Shown piece by piece: positions 43,635-55,399 of a stretch of 64,000 nucleotides of DNA. Both the position numbers and the translations under genes were made by a program. The notes beneath the pieces were generated by a model that was given only the letters and a program-made list of their open reading frames with translations, searched no databases and was not told the DNA's origin. Origin of the DNA: Oculina patagonica (taxonomy: Eukaryota); NCBI RefSeq assembly GCF_052425735.1, contig NC_135765.1, positions 27,218,001-27,282,000 of the forward strand. Reading direction: 5' to 3'. Every line of letters begins with the position of its first letter. Positions within the stretch are counted from its first letter, which is position 1.

Positions 43635-44546
43635 ATGGAAAATGATTTTTCTTGGTCTCAGTCCAATAACTCTAACAGCGACAACACTGGTGCAAGCTTT
43701 TTACATTTTAGCAAATATTTTGAAGAAGAACTAAATTTCTGGATCGCGACCTGTGTTATCCACGCCGTCGTCTGCTTTACGGCGATACTCGGAAACTCTT
43801 TGATCCTGATTACAATTTGGAAGACATCTTCTTTGCATTCGGCGGCGAATATCTTACTGGCAAGTCTTGCTGTATCAGACCTTGCTGTTGGCTTGATTGT
43901 CCAGCCCATCTATATAGGAGGCATTCTTAGTAGGATACAAACAGTTTTCGTAACTTTTAACATTGTGGGTTCATTTTTGAGCATCGCGTCTTTCATCAAC
44001 ATAACCGCAATAGGTATCGATCGCTTGCTTGTTCTTCAACTACATTTGCGATATCATGCAGTAGTGACACCATTTCGTGTCACTGTGGTCGTTATTTTTA
44101 TTTGGGTCATTTCTGGTGTTTTTGCTAGCGTCCGCAGCTGGAGTTTAACAGCATTTTACACTGCCCCACCAACAACCTTTATCAGCCTTCTTGTTGTAAA
44201 CTTTGCCGTTTATTTGAAAATATACCTCATTGTTCGACGCCATCAAAGACAGATTGAACATCAATATCAACAACAACAACAACAACAACAACAACAAGAG
44301 AATAACATTTTCAGAGTAAGAAGATTCAAGAAAACTGTTTTAAACACATTTCTCGTATACATTTTACTTCTCTGTTGTTATGTGCCTTACTCGATTGTCA
44401 CCAATCTGGTCATTGCAGGTGTAAACTTTTCGCCAAGTTTTTATGTAACAACAGCTACATTAGTTTTCCTTAATTCCTCCCTGAACCCTTTATTGTACTG
44501 CTGGCGAGATCGTGAGATTCGCACAGCCGTGAAGCAACTGTTTTGA
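43635..44546 (+). CDS. Intronless class A GPCR, subfamily B copy 3
   Basis: Intact 7TM with ATG at 43635; Q10 tract in ICL3. Confidence 0.93.
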   Translation: MENDFSWSQSNNSNSDNTGASFLHFSKYFEEELNFWIATCVIHAVVCFTAILGNSLILITIWKTSSLHSAANILLASLAVSDLAVGLIVQPIYIGGILSRIQTVFVTFNIVGSFLSIASFINITAIGIDRLLVLQLHLRYHAVVTPFRVTVVVIFIWVISGVFASVRSWSLTAFYTAPPTTFISLLVVNFAVYLKIYLIVRRHQRQIEHQYQQQQQQQQQQENNIFRVRRFKKTVLNTFLVYILLLCCYVPYSIVTNLVIAGVNFSPSFYVTTATLVFLNSSLNPLLYCWRDREIRTAVKQLF

Positions 44547-44749
44547 CATTGATTAAAACGTATTTTTTGGTTTCAAAAAATATTGACCATGATTTTTTTA
44601 AAAGCTGTGTAATAATATATAAGGCTTTATTCAAGCTCAAACTTTACAGTTGAAATTGATATCTCAGAAAGAATTAAAAATTGTTATTGCACATCGTCTT
44701 TTAGCACTCGATCTTGACGAAAACGTTTCTTATCAGACATTTTAATATA

Positions 44750-45064
44750 CCGTAAAATTTCGGTTATAAGCCCTCCCGGTTATAGGCGCATCTACCTGGA
44801 AACAAAAAAATACATCCGATTATAAGCACCCCCGGATATAAGCCCCCCATCTGCCGGATGACAGTACTGAACAAGGCTAAATGTTGCTTTATTATGCGTT
44901 TTTAATTTAAAAACGTGTTTCGATCAACACGCACGTGGCTCTTTTCGAAACGTTTTTTTCCTTCCGCTTATAGGCCCTCCCGGATATAAGCCCCTCCGCT
45001 TATAAGCCCACCCAAAACCCTTTACGAAGTTGTATAGCCCAGGGCTTATAACCCGAATTCTGTA
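44750..45064. mobile_element. Tc1/mariner (pogo-like) MITE
   Basis: TA-CCGTAAAATTTCGGTTATAAGCCC ... GGGCTTATAACCCGAATT, with internal TATAAGCCC repeats. Confidence 0.75.
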
Positions 45065-45066
45065 TA

Positions 45067-45830
45067 GGGAACTCTTAGATTCTAATAACAATTTGGAAGA
45101 CCTTTTCTTTGCATTCGGCGGCAAATATCTTACTGGCAAGTCTTGCTGTATCAGACCTTGCTGTTGGCTTGGTTGTCCAGCCCTTTTTTATAGCAAACAT
45201 GATAAGCGAAGTATACACTGTTAACTTAGCTTTGAAAATTTTAGGTCCCGCCCTGGCCATCGCTTCTTTATTCACCATTACAGCTATTGCGGTCGATCGC
45301 TTGCTCGTTCTTCAATTGCATTTAAGGTATAAAGCAGTGGTGACACCATTTCGTGTGGCATGGGTAGTTATTCTCATTTGGGTATCCGCTGCCATTTTTG
45401 CAAGCACGAAACATTGGATTGCAAGCCTATCTCACGCTGTCATATCTTCCATAATTATTACCATCTCCATATCTCGTTGGAAACTTTGTTCTTTATTTGA
45501 AAATATATCTTATTGTTCGACGCCATCAAAGACAGATTAAACGTCATCATCAACTACAACAACAACAGGCGAACAACGAGAACATTTTCAGCGTTAAAAG
45601 ATTTAAGAAATCTGCTATGAACACATTTTTTGTGTACATGTTACTGTTATGCTGTTACGCGCCTTATTCTCTCAGCGCCCAAATGGCATTTGCAGGTGTA
45701 GTCATTTCATCAAATGTTTTTAGAACAACTTTGACATTGGTTCATCTAAACTCTTCTTTAAATCCTTTATTGTACTATTGGCGAAATGAAAAAATACGCT
45801 GTGCCATGAAGCAACTGTTTTGCTGTTTTG
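45067..45830 (+). pseudogene. GPCR pseudogene, subfamily C (5'-truncated)
   Basis: Begins mid-TM1 (GNS*ILITIWKT) next to the MITE. In-frame TAG, frameshift near 45465 and loss of the normal stop. Confidence 0.88.
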
Positions 45831-47232
45831 CCTCATGCATTTTTGTGTCAAGAACTTCTCTTGTAGGAATTGTCCTTAAAGGAGTTGCTGTACAGTATGG
45901 AAAAGTAATGAAAGCGATTTTTCGTCCATTCTTTTTCAAAAAGTTTTCCAAATTTCACCGAAATTGTTTTTGGTTTGGATACTAACAACACGCTAAAATG
46001 TCAAAATGAACGAAGTCACGCAGTCCCTTTAATTTGTGATATACCAATCAAATGGAACCGTTGAACAACAGATAACAAATATAAACGCACTAATTAGAGA
46101 ATGAATAACCACGATGGCACGTGAATGGTTAGAATTTTGAGGATTCATGATCACACGGATAACAAACGGCAGCGAACATAAAAAAATAAAGGATGAAGTC
46201 TTTAAGAGAACTTGAGAATACTTCTCTTAAGCTTTGAAATTTCTTTAAAATAAAGAACTTCTGTCAAACGTGACCTGTTCCTGGTGTTCTGTTAGGTTGT
46301 GAGCAGCGCCTAGGAGAACCAGAAACCTCTCGCTCTTTTCTCCATTTGATTTTCTTCACGCTAATCATCAACTAACCAGACGCTTCAAACAAGCGTATTC
46401 AGTTCTCTAAGATTACATTTCCAGCGCTGTAAGAGCTCTTTTTATATAACCCTGAACAACGCAAGTCGCCTTGAAATTTTACTGATTGAAACTTTTGACC
46501 ATCCGTCCGGGGTGATTTACATTGTTTCTGTAATTTTGTACTGATTCGTTGCGGCCAAAGTTTCTGCTTCAGTATCGAGTGTTTTTACGTGCTTTTTTAT
46601 TGTGCTTGCCTCGCCAGTAAAAAAAGCTTTAGAAAACACATGTTCACCGAAGGAAAACAAAAACTACCTTGATTTCATTTAAGTCCTTTTCTCGTCTAGA
46701 GTAAATTTCAGTACGAAAGTGAGCGTGTTAAAGTTGATTCTGTTTACCTATAAGCCTGGTGGTTTCTTGAAAGTCTCCTCGCCTTAGAGTAATTATTCCT
46801 GTAAGATTTCAATCTTAAAGTGGCTAATAAGTAATGATAATGATCTTATAAGGAGAAGTGGTACGGACAACCAAAAAACTTCAAAACATAAGTATAAGAG
46901 AGATACAATGGATGGATGGATGGATACAACCCGTGAAACAAGTGCAAGAATTAATTGACCTGAAACCATAACTTGACTAACTTTCCTTTTTTCGCAATCT
47001 AAAAAAACTTTCTCATTTATTTCCGTTTTATATATGTTTGTGCTTCATATGGAGGCATGACAGAGCTTTTTAACTCAATATTACACAAGTATAGACTTCA
47101 TCTTTTTCATACCCATTTTTGCTTTCTTTTTATTACTTTATTACAGCATTATCACACAACATAAAAAATTAACTATAAAAAGCTGCGATAAAATGTTTTT
47201 TAAAAACATATCAGGAAAACTTTGTAAAAAAG

Positions 47233-47271
47233 GACGACGTTTCGACGTTGAGCTTATGTCATTATCAAGTC
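47233..47271 (-). ncRNA. Hammerhead-like variant (Penelope-type, non-canonical core)
   Basis: The minus strand reads GAC-TTGATAA-T-GAC(loop)GTC-GAAA-CGTC-GTC; the core deviates from CTGANGA. Confidence 0.5.
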
Positions 47272-48350
47272 AAAATGAAAGTTGATAAAAATATATAAAT
47301 TTAAATTTGGTATTAATTATTAAGTTATTCGAAGTGGGAAGGCAGCTAGTTCATTCACGAGTTGGTTCTGAGAAGCCTTCGATTTAAACCTTTAAATCTG
47401 AACCATTAATGTGTAAAATCAAATATTACATTTCTTTATATTTTCACGCTTTCACAACTTGTAATAAAAATTTGCTATAAGTTTTCGTATTTTTAACTCT
47501 TATTTCATGAAAATTCAGAAATCGATTTTATTACATTTACACCACTGACGTAAAATACTGAAATGCATCTTTGAACATTAATAAGGGTTTTACTTCTTTT
47601 TGTGATGTGGTCTCGGTTTGACAGTCTGTGACTAAACAGGGTTCGCGGTGTTGTGCATAATTACGGAACTACCTGTGACAGCAGAAGAAAAAAAAGGTTA
47701 TCCAAGTTATAGACGTAGTAGTCTCTCAAACTATGACATGCGGAAGACCCAGAGAAAATGCAAGAACTATTGAAAATTTTTTAATTAAAATAATGCAGGA
47801 ATAAAATAATTCATCATCTACAGGTCGAAATCCAATTAATTTGGAAAGTACATGTGCGTAATTAATTTCACGTTGAATGACAAATTAAACAAAGGAAGAA
47901 AACGTCTATAAATATTGCAAAATATGAAAATCACGTGCACAAAATGAACAAACAAAATCCCTATAAAACCTAAGAATGAATAGAATTGTTTGACCTATTC
48001 GGGAAAGGAGTTTCATTACATGGTAAAAATGAAGACTGTTGTTTGTGTAGAAACGATTCCCGGTTGGTATGATCACTTTTTTTCTCTTTTGGATGAAAGC
48101 TATCAAGGAAATCAAATCCAAAAAGCATACTTTTTGCCGTTAACTGTGCCTTTTGATGTTGTGTAAATTCATTTTTTAGTGTGATTCTCAATACAAGCGA
48201 AAAAGGCAGCTGTATGTACCTAACTCCAAAAGAAAGTTAAAACAATTATTTTTTAACGCGGTTAATGTAAAACATTGAGTTTCGTGAACAATACAAGAAG
48301 ACATTAAAAGTGATCAAATTAAATAGAAAGGGAGAAAGTTCGGACCAGCT

Positions 48351-49274
48351 ATGGAAATTAATTTTACCTCGCGTTCCAGTAATTTTGCCAAGAACAACCC
48401 TAGAAGAGTTCTACCTGATCTCCATGGATTTTCTGAACAAGAACTGAATTTCAAGATCGCAAACACCGTAATTAATATTATTCTCTCCCTCACGGCGCTA
48501 CTCGGAAACTCTGCGATTCTACTAACAATCTGGAAGACGTCCTCTTTGCATTCGGCGGCAAATATCTTGCTGGCAAGCCTTGCTGTATCAGACGTTGCCG
48601 TTGGCTTGATTGTCCAGCCCTTGTTTATAGCAAACATGCTTAGTAGCGGAGAAAATACTGTTCACTTAGCTTTGAACATTTTGGGTCCCGTCCTGGCCAT
48701 CGCGTCTTTTTTTACCATTACAGCGATTGCGGTCGATCGCTTGCTCGCTCTTCAATTGCATTTAAGGTATAAAGCGGTAGTGACACTATTTCGTGTGACA
48801 TGGGCAGTTATCCTCATTTGGGTATTCGCGGTCATTTTTGCAAGTTCAAAACTTTGGATTGCAAGCTTATCTCACACTATCATATCTATTATGATTATTA
48901 CCATTTTGGTTGCAAACTTTGCTGTTTATTTCAAAATCTATCTTATTGTTCGACGCCATCAAAGACAGATTGAACCTCATCATCAACTACAACTTCAACA
49001 ACAACAACAACAGGCGAACAACGAGAACTTCTTCAGCGTTAAAAGGTTTAAGAAATCTGCTATGAACAAATTCCTAGTGAACATTTTTCTTCTGTGTTGT
49101 TACGCGCCTTATTCTCTCAGCGCCCAAATGAAATTTGCAGGTGTTGTCATTTCACCAAATGTTTTTATAACAACTTTTACATTAGTTTATCTTAACTCTT
49201 CTCTAAATCCTCTTTTGTACTGTTGGCGAGATCGAGAGATACGCACAGCCATGAAAAGACTGTTTTGCTGTTGA
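48351..49274 (+). CDS. Intronless class A GPCR, subfamily C copy 4 (307 aa)
   Basis: Intact 7TM ORF. Confidence 0.93.
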   Translation: MEINFTSRSSNFAKNNPRRVLPDLHGFSEQELNFKIANTVINIILSLTALLGNSAILLTIWKTSSLHSAANILLASLAVSDVAVGLIVQPLFIANMLSSGENTVHLALNILGPVLAIASFFTITAIAVDRLLALQLHLRYKAVVTLFRVTWAVILIWVFAVIFASSKLWIASLSHTIISIMIITILVANFAVYFKIYLIVRRHQRQIEPHHQLQLQQQQQQANNENFFSVKRFKKSAMNKFLVNIFLLCCYAPYSLSAQMKFAGVVISPNVFITTFTLVYLNSSLNPLLYCWRDREIRTAMKRLFCC

Positions 49275-50838
49275 CTTTATGCATTGTGTCACGAAAAACT
49301 TTTGGAAATTTCTCTCAAGATTTTTCCGAAATTTCGCCGAAATTGCGTCTGGTATAGTTACTAACAACTCACGGCTAAAATGTCAAAATGCACGAAGTCA
49401 CGCTGCCACTTTGTGATTAAGCAATCAAATGGAGCCGTAAAGTACGAGATAAATATACATACATACCAAAGAGAGAATGAAAAGCCAGGATGAAACTTGG
49501 ATGGTTAAAAGGGAGTTAGATTCTTTTTGGGTTACAAACGCCAGCGAACATTCAAAATGTAAGATCAAGTTTTCAGGAGAACATTTGGAAATACCTCCCT
49601 TCAGCTTTTCAATTATGCCTGATCCATGTGTTATGTAAGCCGGTGAGCAGCGCCTAGAACGGATATTGAAAAACGACGAGGGTTAGTCGGAGAACACGAA
49701 ACCCCTCGCTCTATTTTCCTCTTGCTTTCTTCGCACCAACTTACAGGACGCCTGGAACAGGCTAATTAAGCTCTCTTAGATAAATTCTCAATGCTGATAA
49801 AGCTCTCTACGTGTAACCCGGGACAACACATGTTGCCTTGAAATTTTCTGATTCCAACTTGCCCATTCGTCTCAGATGATTTATATTGTTTCTGTAATTT
49901 TGTACTCCGTAGATTCTGTTATAGTTTCTACTTCAGTATCGAATGCAATTTACGTGCTTTTTGACGAAGTGTCTTGCCCGTACTATATCTCTCAGTATGG
50001 AACACTCTGTTTGGTACTGAAATTAACTCTTGACAGAAAAACGTTTTAAACTTTAAGAATACTCTGAAATTAAATGTGTATAGTTTGTTCCTTTTTTGTT
50101 TTCGTGAACATGTTTGCTAAGGTCAAGCTAAGGCCTTCTCTTCAGTAGCGGCTCAGTAGCGGCCCAAATACAGTGACAAGCATAAGTGAGTTAATTTTTA
50201 AGATGGAAACAATCCGTGAAATAAGTGCAGATTTACACTTAACTAAAACATTAATGTTCCTTTTTTCACAAGCTATATATGTCCTCAACTTCCGATCTAC
50301 ACTGTTCCATGTGCAGGAGTGACAAAGCTTTTTAGCTCAATATTTCACAAGCAGGCTTCAACCCTTTTATACCAATATGTTTTTGCTTTTTTATTTCTTT
50401 ATTACAGCATTATCACACAACATGAATAAATATTTTAAAATTGCACTTAAAAACATGTAATATAAATACTATACTACTTCTAGGTATTATTTGAAAGTGA
50501 ATAAATAAGGATGTATTGAGTACATGAATTCGTTCTAACTTTGTTTTAGTGATGGTTGTATTCCTGAGATATTTTTATGTATCTGAAAGTCTGTTCTAAT
50601 CCTCACAAAAAGGGATTAGGAGTATTGCTACTCTACCTTGGATGGGATGCTAGTACATAGTAAAGTGCCCCCTCCCCAGTATTGTGTCTGCAGGTTGAAC
50701 TAACACTTTACTTGATTTCACACTAGAGCTCGTAAGTATAGTATAGGAGCATGCACTTGGAACCTACTTTGCGTGTAAAGGGGTAAAACGTACTTGAGAA
50801 CGCACTTGACCAATAGGAAATGGAAGCCATATGTAGTA

Positions 50839-51150
50839 CTAGTTATGCAACGCTTTCGAGTGGTATACTATGAAATATCCCACGAGTCACTTGTATTTTC
50901 TCGGTATACACACGAGCCTTTAGGCGAGTGTATATACCAAGAAAATACAAGTGACAAGTGGGATATTCCATAGTATACCACGAGAAAGTGTTGTGTAACT
51001 ACTTTATACCATGCCATAGAAAATACGCTCACTAAATTTCGACGAGAATACAATCGCAGCGCACGATGGGAAGGTTGGGTTGAATACCGTCGAATATACA
51101 ACGGCTATCCTGTATTCTGATTGGCTGTATTTTCTATGGCATGGTAAAAA
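50839..51150. mobile_element. Non-autonomous element with ~165-bp terminal hairpin
   Basis: Hairpin TAGTTATGCAAC...GTTGTGTAACTA, then TACCATGCCATAGAAAATAC ... GTATTTTCTATGGCATGGTA. Confidence 0.7.
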
Positions 51151-51349
51151 AAACAGTATGAAACTACTCAAAATTTCACGATCTCGCCAGCAGAACAAAA
51201 AAAGATTTAGATAAGAATTAAGGCAAACTAATGTAACTGTTACAATATGAAAAAGTGGCGAAGTAATTTAACCTGTAAGATACATTATTATGGCAATGGA
51301 ATGAGGCATGATACAACAGAGAAGGAAAGTATACCAGAAATAAGTTTAA

Positions 51350-52064
51350 AGCCTGGTCTTCACTAGCGACGCAAGCACAAGCGCAAGCACAAGCGCAAGC
51401 ACAAGCGCAAGCACAAGCACAAGCATAACAGCTCTTATTTCACCGTGAAAATAAGCACAAGCGCAAGCACATGCACAAGGATCAATTTTTTTTTCTTTTC
51501 TTGTGTTTGCGCTTGTTCTTGCGTTTGTGTGAAAACGAAACACCGCATAAGCACAAAAACATTGTTTACGTCTGGCGGTGCCTAGCCATTTAAAGCACTC
51601 GTTCCAAATTCCACTGTGTCTGAGAATTTGAACAAAGTAGCGGAGGTCGCGCTTGATTTTAATAACAGTTTTCAGTTTTCTGTTCGGAAAAGTGCAGGGA
51701 ATTTAAAGACAAAAACAAAAAGGTACAAGTGTCACAAGCGTGGGCTTGAATAGCGAAACAAATGGAGATGACTTCTTCATTCTTAAAAGTATGTAAAACC
51801 CCAAATGTTTTGTTCTCCTTTTTTTTAGTCACTTTTGCTTTCTTCGTCACAAGAGTGGAAGAGAAAACAAAACTCGATGCCTGAGTGTTTCTGCCGCGAT
51901 ATTTGCCGAGAGAACGGAGTCGAGAACGGAGCCTTCTAACTTGTAAACTTCGTGTTCTTATGCTTGTGCTTATGCTTTTGTCGACGTTCGTTTTCACTTG
52001 GCACAATCTACTTATGCATTCACATGCTTTCGCTTATGCTTGCGTTGCTAGTGAAAACCAGGCT
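51350..52064. mobile_element. PIF/Harbinger-type MITE with (GCACAA)n subterminal repeats
   Basis: TIRs AGCCTGGTCTTCACTAGCGACGCAAGCA / TGCTTGCGTTGCTAGTGAAAACCAGGCT. TAA TSD at 51347-51349 and 52065-52067. Confidence 0.88.
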
Positions 52065-52671
52065 TAAGGCAGATCTCCTAAACCTTTTCACACTGAAAAT
52101 GTTGTCCTTATTCGCCTCTTGCTGTTGACGTTGAATCGGTCTGTGATGGCGACGAACAATGAGGTAGATTTCGAAATAAATAACAAAGTTAACAAGGAGC
52201 ACGTAGAAAGCAAAAGCCGATGCGTCAATGTCAGATGCCCTTGTATTTCTTAGTTCCGCGACTGTACAAATACTGGAAAACATCCAAATAGAAATGACCA
52301 GCCAAGTGACACGAAACAGTGTCACTACTTCTTCGTACCTCAAGTGTAAATGAAGAGCGAGCAAGCGATCGACTGCAATTGCTATCAAAGTGAAGAAAGA
52401 AGTGGAGCAAAAAAAAATGTTAACACGTAAGGGGACAGTTTCATTCCCGGTTAAGAAGAACACCACAACTAGGGGCTGACCGATCAATCCAACAGCAAGG
52501 TCTGATACAGCAAAACTTGCCAATAAGATATTCTCCACCGAATGCAATGAAAATGTCTTCCAAATCGCTGTTAGAATCGCAGAGTTCCCAGAGCAGTAAG
52601 CAGAGAATGGCGTGTATTACAACCATTGCGTTCCAGATATTTAATTCGTGTTCAGAATATCTGTTATTGGT

Positions 52672-53080
52672 ATATACACACTCAGTGATCTTGGTGTTTC
52701 AAGCAATCTGATTGGTTCGTAATCTCGGGCTAATGAGCATTATTCACTCCCTACGGAGTGAATAATGCTTGATCCAAACTGAAACAAAATGGCCGGCGTA
52801 AACTCGCGTTTCGCCGGCGTTTCTGAATCGCAAATACTAAGAATACAAGAAGATGCTGAACCAGAAAAGACAGAAAAAGGCTAAGAAATTTGGCCTGATG
52901 GTTTTCAAAGTAAGAGAAGACTACATATTTCGCAATTTGCAGCACAATGTCCACACAACTCGAGTACTAAAACGATAAACAATTGCTTATCGTGAAGTTG
53001 CTCTTCGCCCGGCATCGGCAGAAATGAATACCGCAGATTCTACCACTATTCACCTCGATTTCAAATAATAATTGTTAAAT
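52672..53080. mobile_element. Non-autonomous element inserted in the pseudogene N-terminus
   Basis: Interrupts an otherwise contiguous GPCR N-terminal sequence; AT-rich ends. Confidence 0.65.
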
Positions 53081-53890
53081 ATCAAAAGCGCTTCCACCTG
53101 AGTTGTTCCTGGCAAAAGTATTCAAAGGTCAAGTAAAGTTTAAATTTCCTTGACTGATTCCGGCGTTCTTCAGTTGAAAGCTATGATTGCCTTTGTTGTT
53201 GTCTTGAATTTTCTGAAATTCATTTATTATTTGTTTCATTACCGTCAGCACGGTAGAGCAATAGCATAAGAAATATTTACATTTTCATAAAATGAGAGTT
53301 CTTTTGAGAATTCTGTGCATGTGCATACATCTGTCATTTGCCTTTTCATATGCGATGAAATTCCTGCTGTTAATTATATATTCAATTGGTCACTGTTAAA
53401 TAACATAAATATTCACTACAGAAAGAGTACTCTTTACCCTCAGTTTATTGTTTATTATCGTACTAAAGATAAGTTGGGTGGAAATCATTCCAACTATTTC
53501 AAAAACTCTCCTTCAGTTCTAATTCCTGTATTCTGATTTCTTGTAGAATTTAACTACGTTTCTTCATAATTATAGTGTTATTTAATTTCCATGAAAGCAT
53601 ATCCGGTATATCCGGTACATTTTATATGGTGGGCGAGTGAATGAATCGCGAACTGTCTTTCATTACTGTCTTGCATTATAATATATATACTTTGAACTTT
53701 AATAGCTTTCACCTAAATTACAATGGTGTCATAACGTTCAGATTCCCCATATAGGAATCATTTTCTAAACGTACTCAGTTAAAAGTACCCTCATCTCCAA
53801 AAGGGATAAACATTATTACCTTCCTACACAATACAAACTCACATATTATTAAAGTAAATGGTCTGAACTTAGAAGTATCAGTAGAACTGT

Positions 53891-53935
53891 TGACTCTGAA
53901 GATGACTTCCGCTCAGGTTGTCGAAACGTCAGTCA
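53891..53935 (+). ncRNA. Minimal type I hammerhead ribozyme in a Penelope-like terminal fragment (~53886-53990)
   Basis: TGACT-CTGAAGA-T-GAC(loop)GTC-GAAA-CGTC^AGTCA. Confidence 0.85.
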
Positions 53936-54095
53936 CCAACAACAGTTCTTCTCAGAACTACTCTCACCAGGACGATCACACTCTACGACTTACATATTAA
54001 TACAAGTAGTTAGCGTTTCTTAGCTATGGTAGTTGGTGTGGTTTATTCTTTGTTTTTGATAATTGTTAATTTTTACCTGAATGGAAACACTTTTG

Positions 54096-54183
54096 CCACT
54101 ACCACTACCACTACCACTACCACTACCACTACCACTACCACTACCACTACCACTACCACTACCACTACCACTACCACTACCAC
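54096..54183. repeat. (CCACTA)n microsatellite
   Basis: About 14 perfect copies. Confidence 0.95.
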
Positions 54184-54493
54184 GGCCACTGCTAGTGCTA
54201 CTACTACAAACCTTCGAAACAGTATTATAGCCACAGTTACACATCGTGTACCCATCTTTATAATAAACAATTTGACAAGACATTGAGAAAAGGGATGTGC
54301 GTATTACCTATTATTGTCAAAACATCTACGTAGGACTATAAACGTCCATATGTGTTTTAATTCTCAGAAAAAAAAAGACAAAGTTATGCAACCTGCATCA
54401 ATGCAATATCTCGTGCTACAACTGGCAAATCATTCTCGTGGACTAGAAATGAACATCTTTCCCTTTGTCTCAAAGTTTAAGCACTTGGTTATA

Positions 54494-55399
54494 TCAATGG
54501 CAAAATACTTGCTTTATAGCTGTGCGGATTTCACGATCTCGCCAACAGTACAATAAAGGATTTAGAGAAGAATTAAGAAAAATTAATGTCAAAGTTATTG
54601 TATAAACTCTTGGCGACATGCCACCGTCCACAAGAGCAAAGCAATAAGGCATATAACAAAACAGAAGTAATATGTACACCATGAAAGTGTTTAAAGCTGA
54701 TTTCTTGAATCTTGTAACGCTAAAGATGTTTGCATTATTCGCCAGTTGTTGTTGTTGTTGTTGTTGCTGATGTTGAATCTGTGTTTGATGGCGTCGAACA
54801 ATGAGGTAGATTTTCAAATAAACTGAAAAATTTCCAACTAGAAGACTGATTATCGTAACAAATTCGACAGTGTCAAGAAATCTTAGGGTCAAATTCGACA
54901 GCAGCGTTCTTACACCAGAGAACACCCAAATAAAAATAACAACCAAAGTCACACGAAAGGGTGTCACTACTTCATGATACCTCAAATGTAACTGAAGAAC
55001 AAGAAAGCGATCGACTATAATTGCTGTAATGGTGACGAACGACGCGCAGCCCAAAAATGAACTCGAATTGTTAAAAAGATGTCTTACAATATCATTTCTG
55101 GTCAGCAAGTATGCTGCAAACGAGGGCTCGACAATTAAGCCAACAGCAAGGTCTGATACAGCAAGACTTGCCAGTAAGAAATTTGCCACCGAATGCAAAG
55201 ACGATATCTTCCAAATTGTTATTAGGATAGCAGAGTTTCCGAACAACGCTGTGAAGGAGAGAGAGACATTCAAAATGCTTACAATCCAGTTATGCAATCC
55301 AATGGGTGCTTCTTCAAAAATTTCGTTTGGTTCTAAAAGGTTAATGAAAGTGTCATTTTCTTTAGAGTTATTAAATGGCCAAGAACAGTTAATGTTCAT
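54494..55399 (-). CDS. Intronless class A GPCR, subfamily D copy 1 (301 aa)
   Basis: Intact 7TM; DRF, CYMPY and NPLLY motifs. Confidence 0.93.
   Translation of the reverse strand: MNINCSWPFNNSKENDTFINLLEPNEIFEEAPIGLHNWIVSILNVSLSFTALFGNSAILITIWKISSLHSVANFLLASLAVSDLAVGLIVEPSFAAYLLTRNDIVRHLFNNSSSFLGCASFVTITAIIVDRFLVLQLHLRYHEVVTPFRVTLVVIFIWVFSGVRTLLSNLTLRFLDTVEFVTIISLLVGNFSVYLKIYLIVRRHQTQIQHQQQQQQQQLANNANIFSVTRFKKSALNTFMVYILLLFCYMPYCFALVDGGMSPRVYTITLTLIFLNSSLNPLLYCWRDREIRTAIKQVFCH

Larger units (their letters stand above)
51170..53151 (-). pseudogene. GPCR pseudogene interrupted by two transposons
   Basis: ATG mutated to AAG at 53151, early TGA and frameshifts. Insertions at ~52672-53080 and 51350-52064. 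TM2-TM5 lie in ORF 52020..52547 and CWRDREI is at ~51175. Confidence 0.88.

Noticed and set aside
54020-54286. Poly-Thr / Gly-Ser / poly-Val ORFs
   Set aside because: These are translations of the (CCACTA)n microsatellite.
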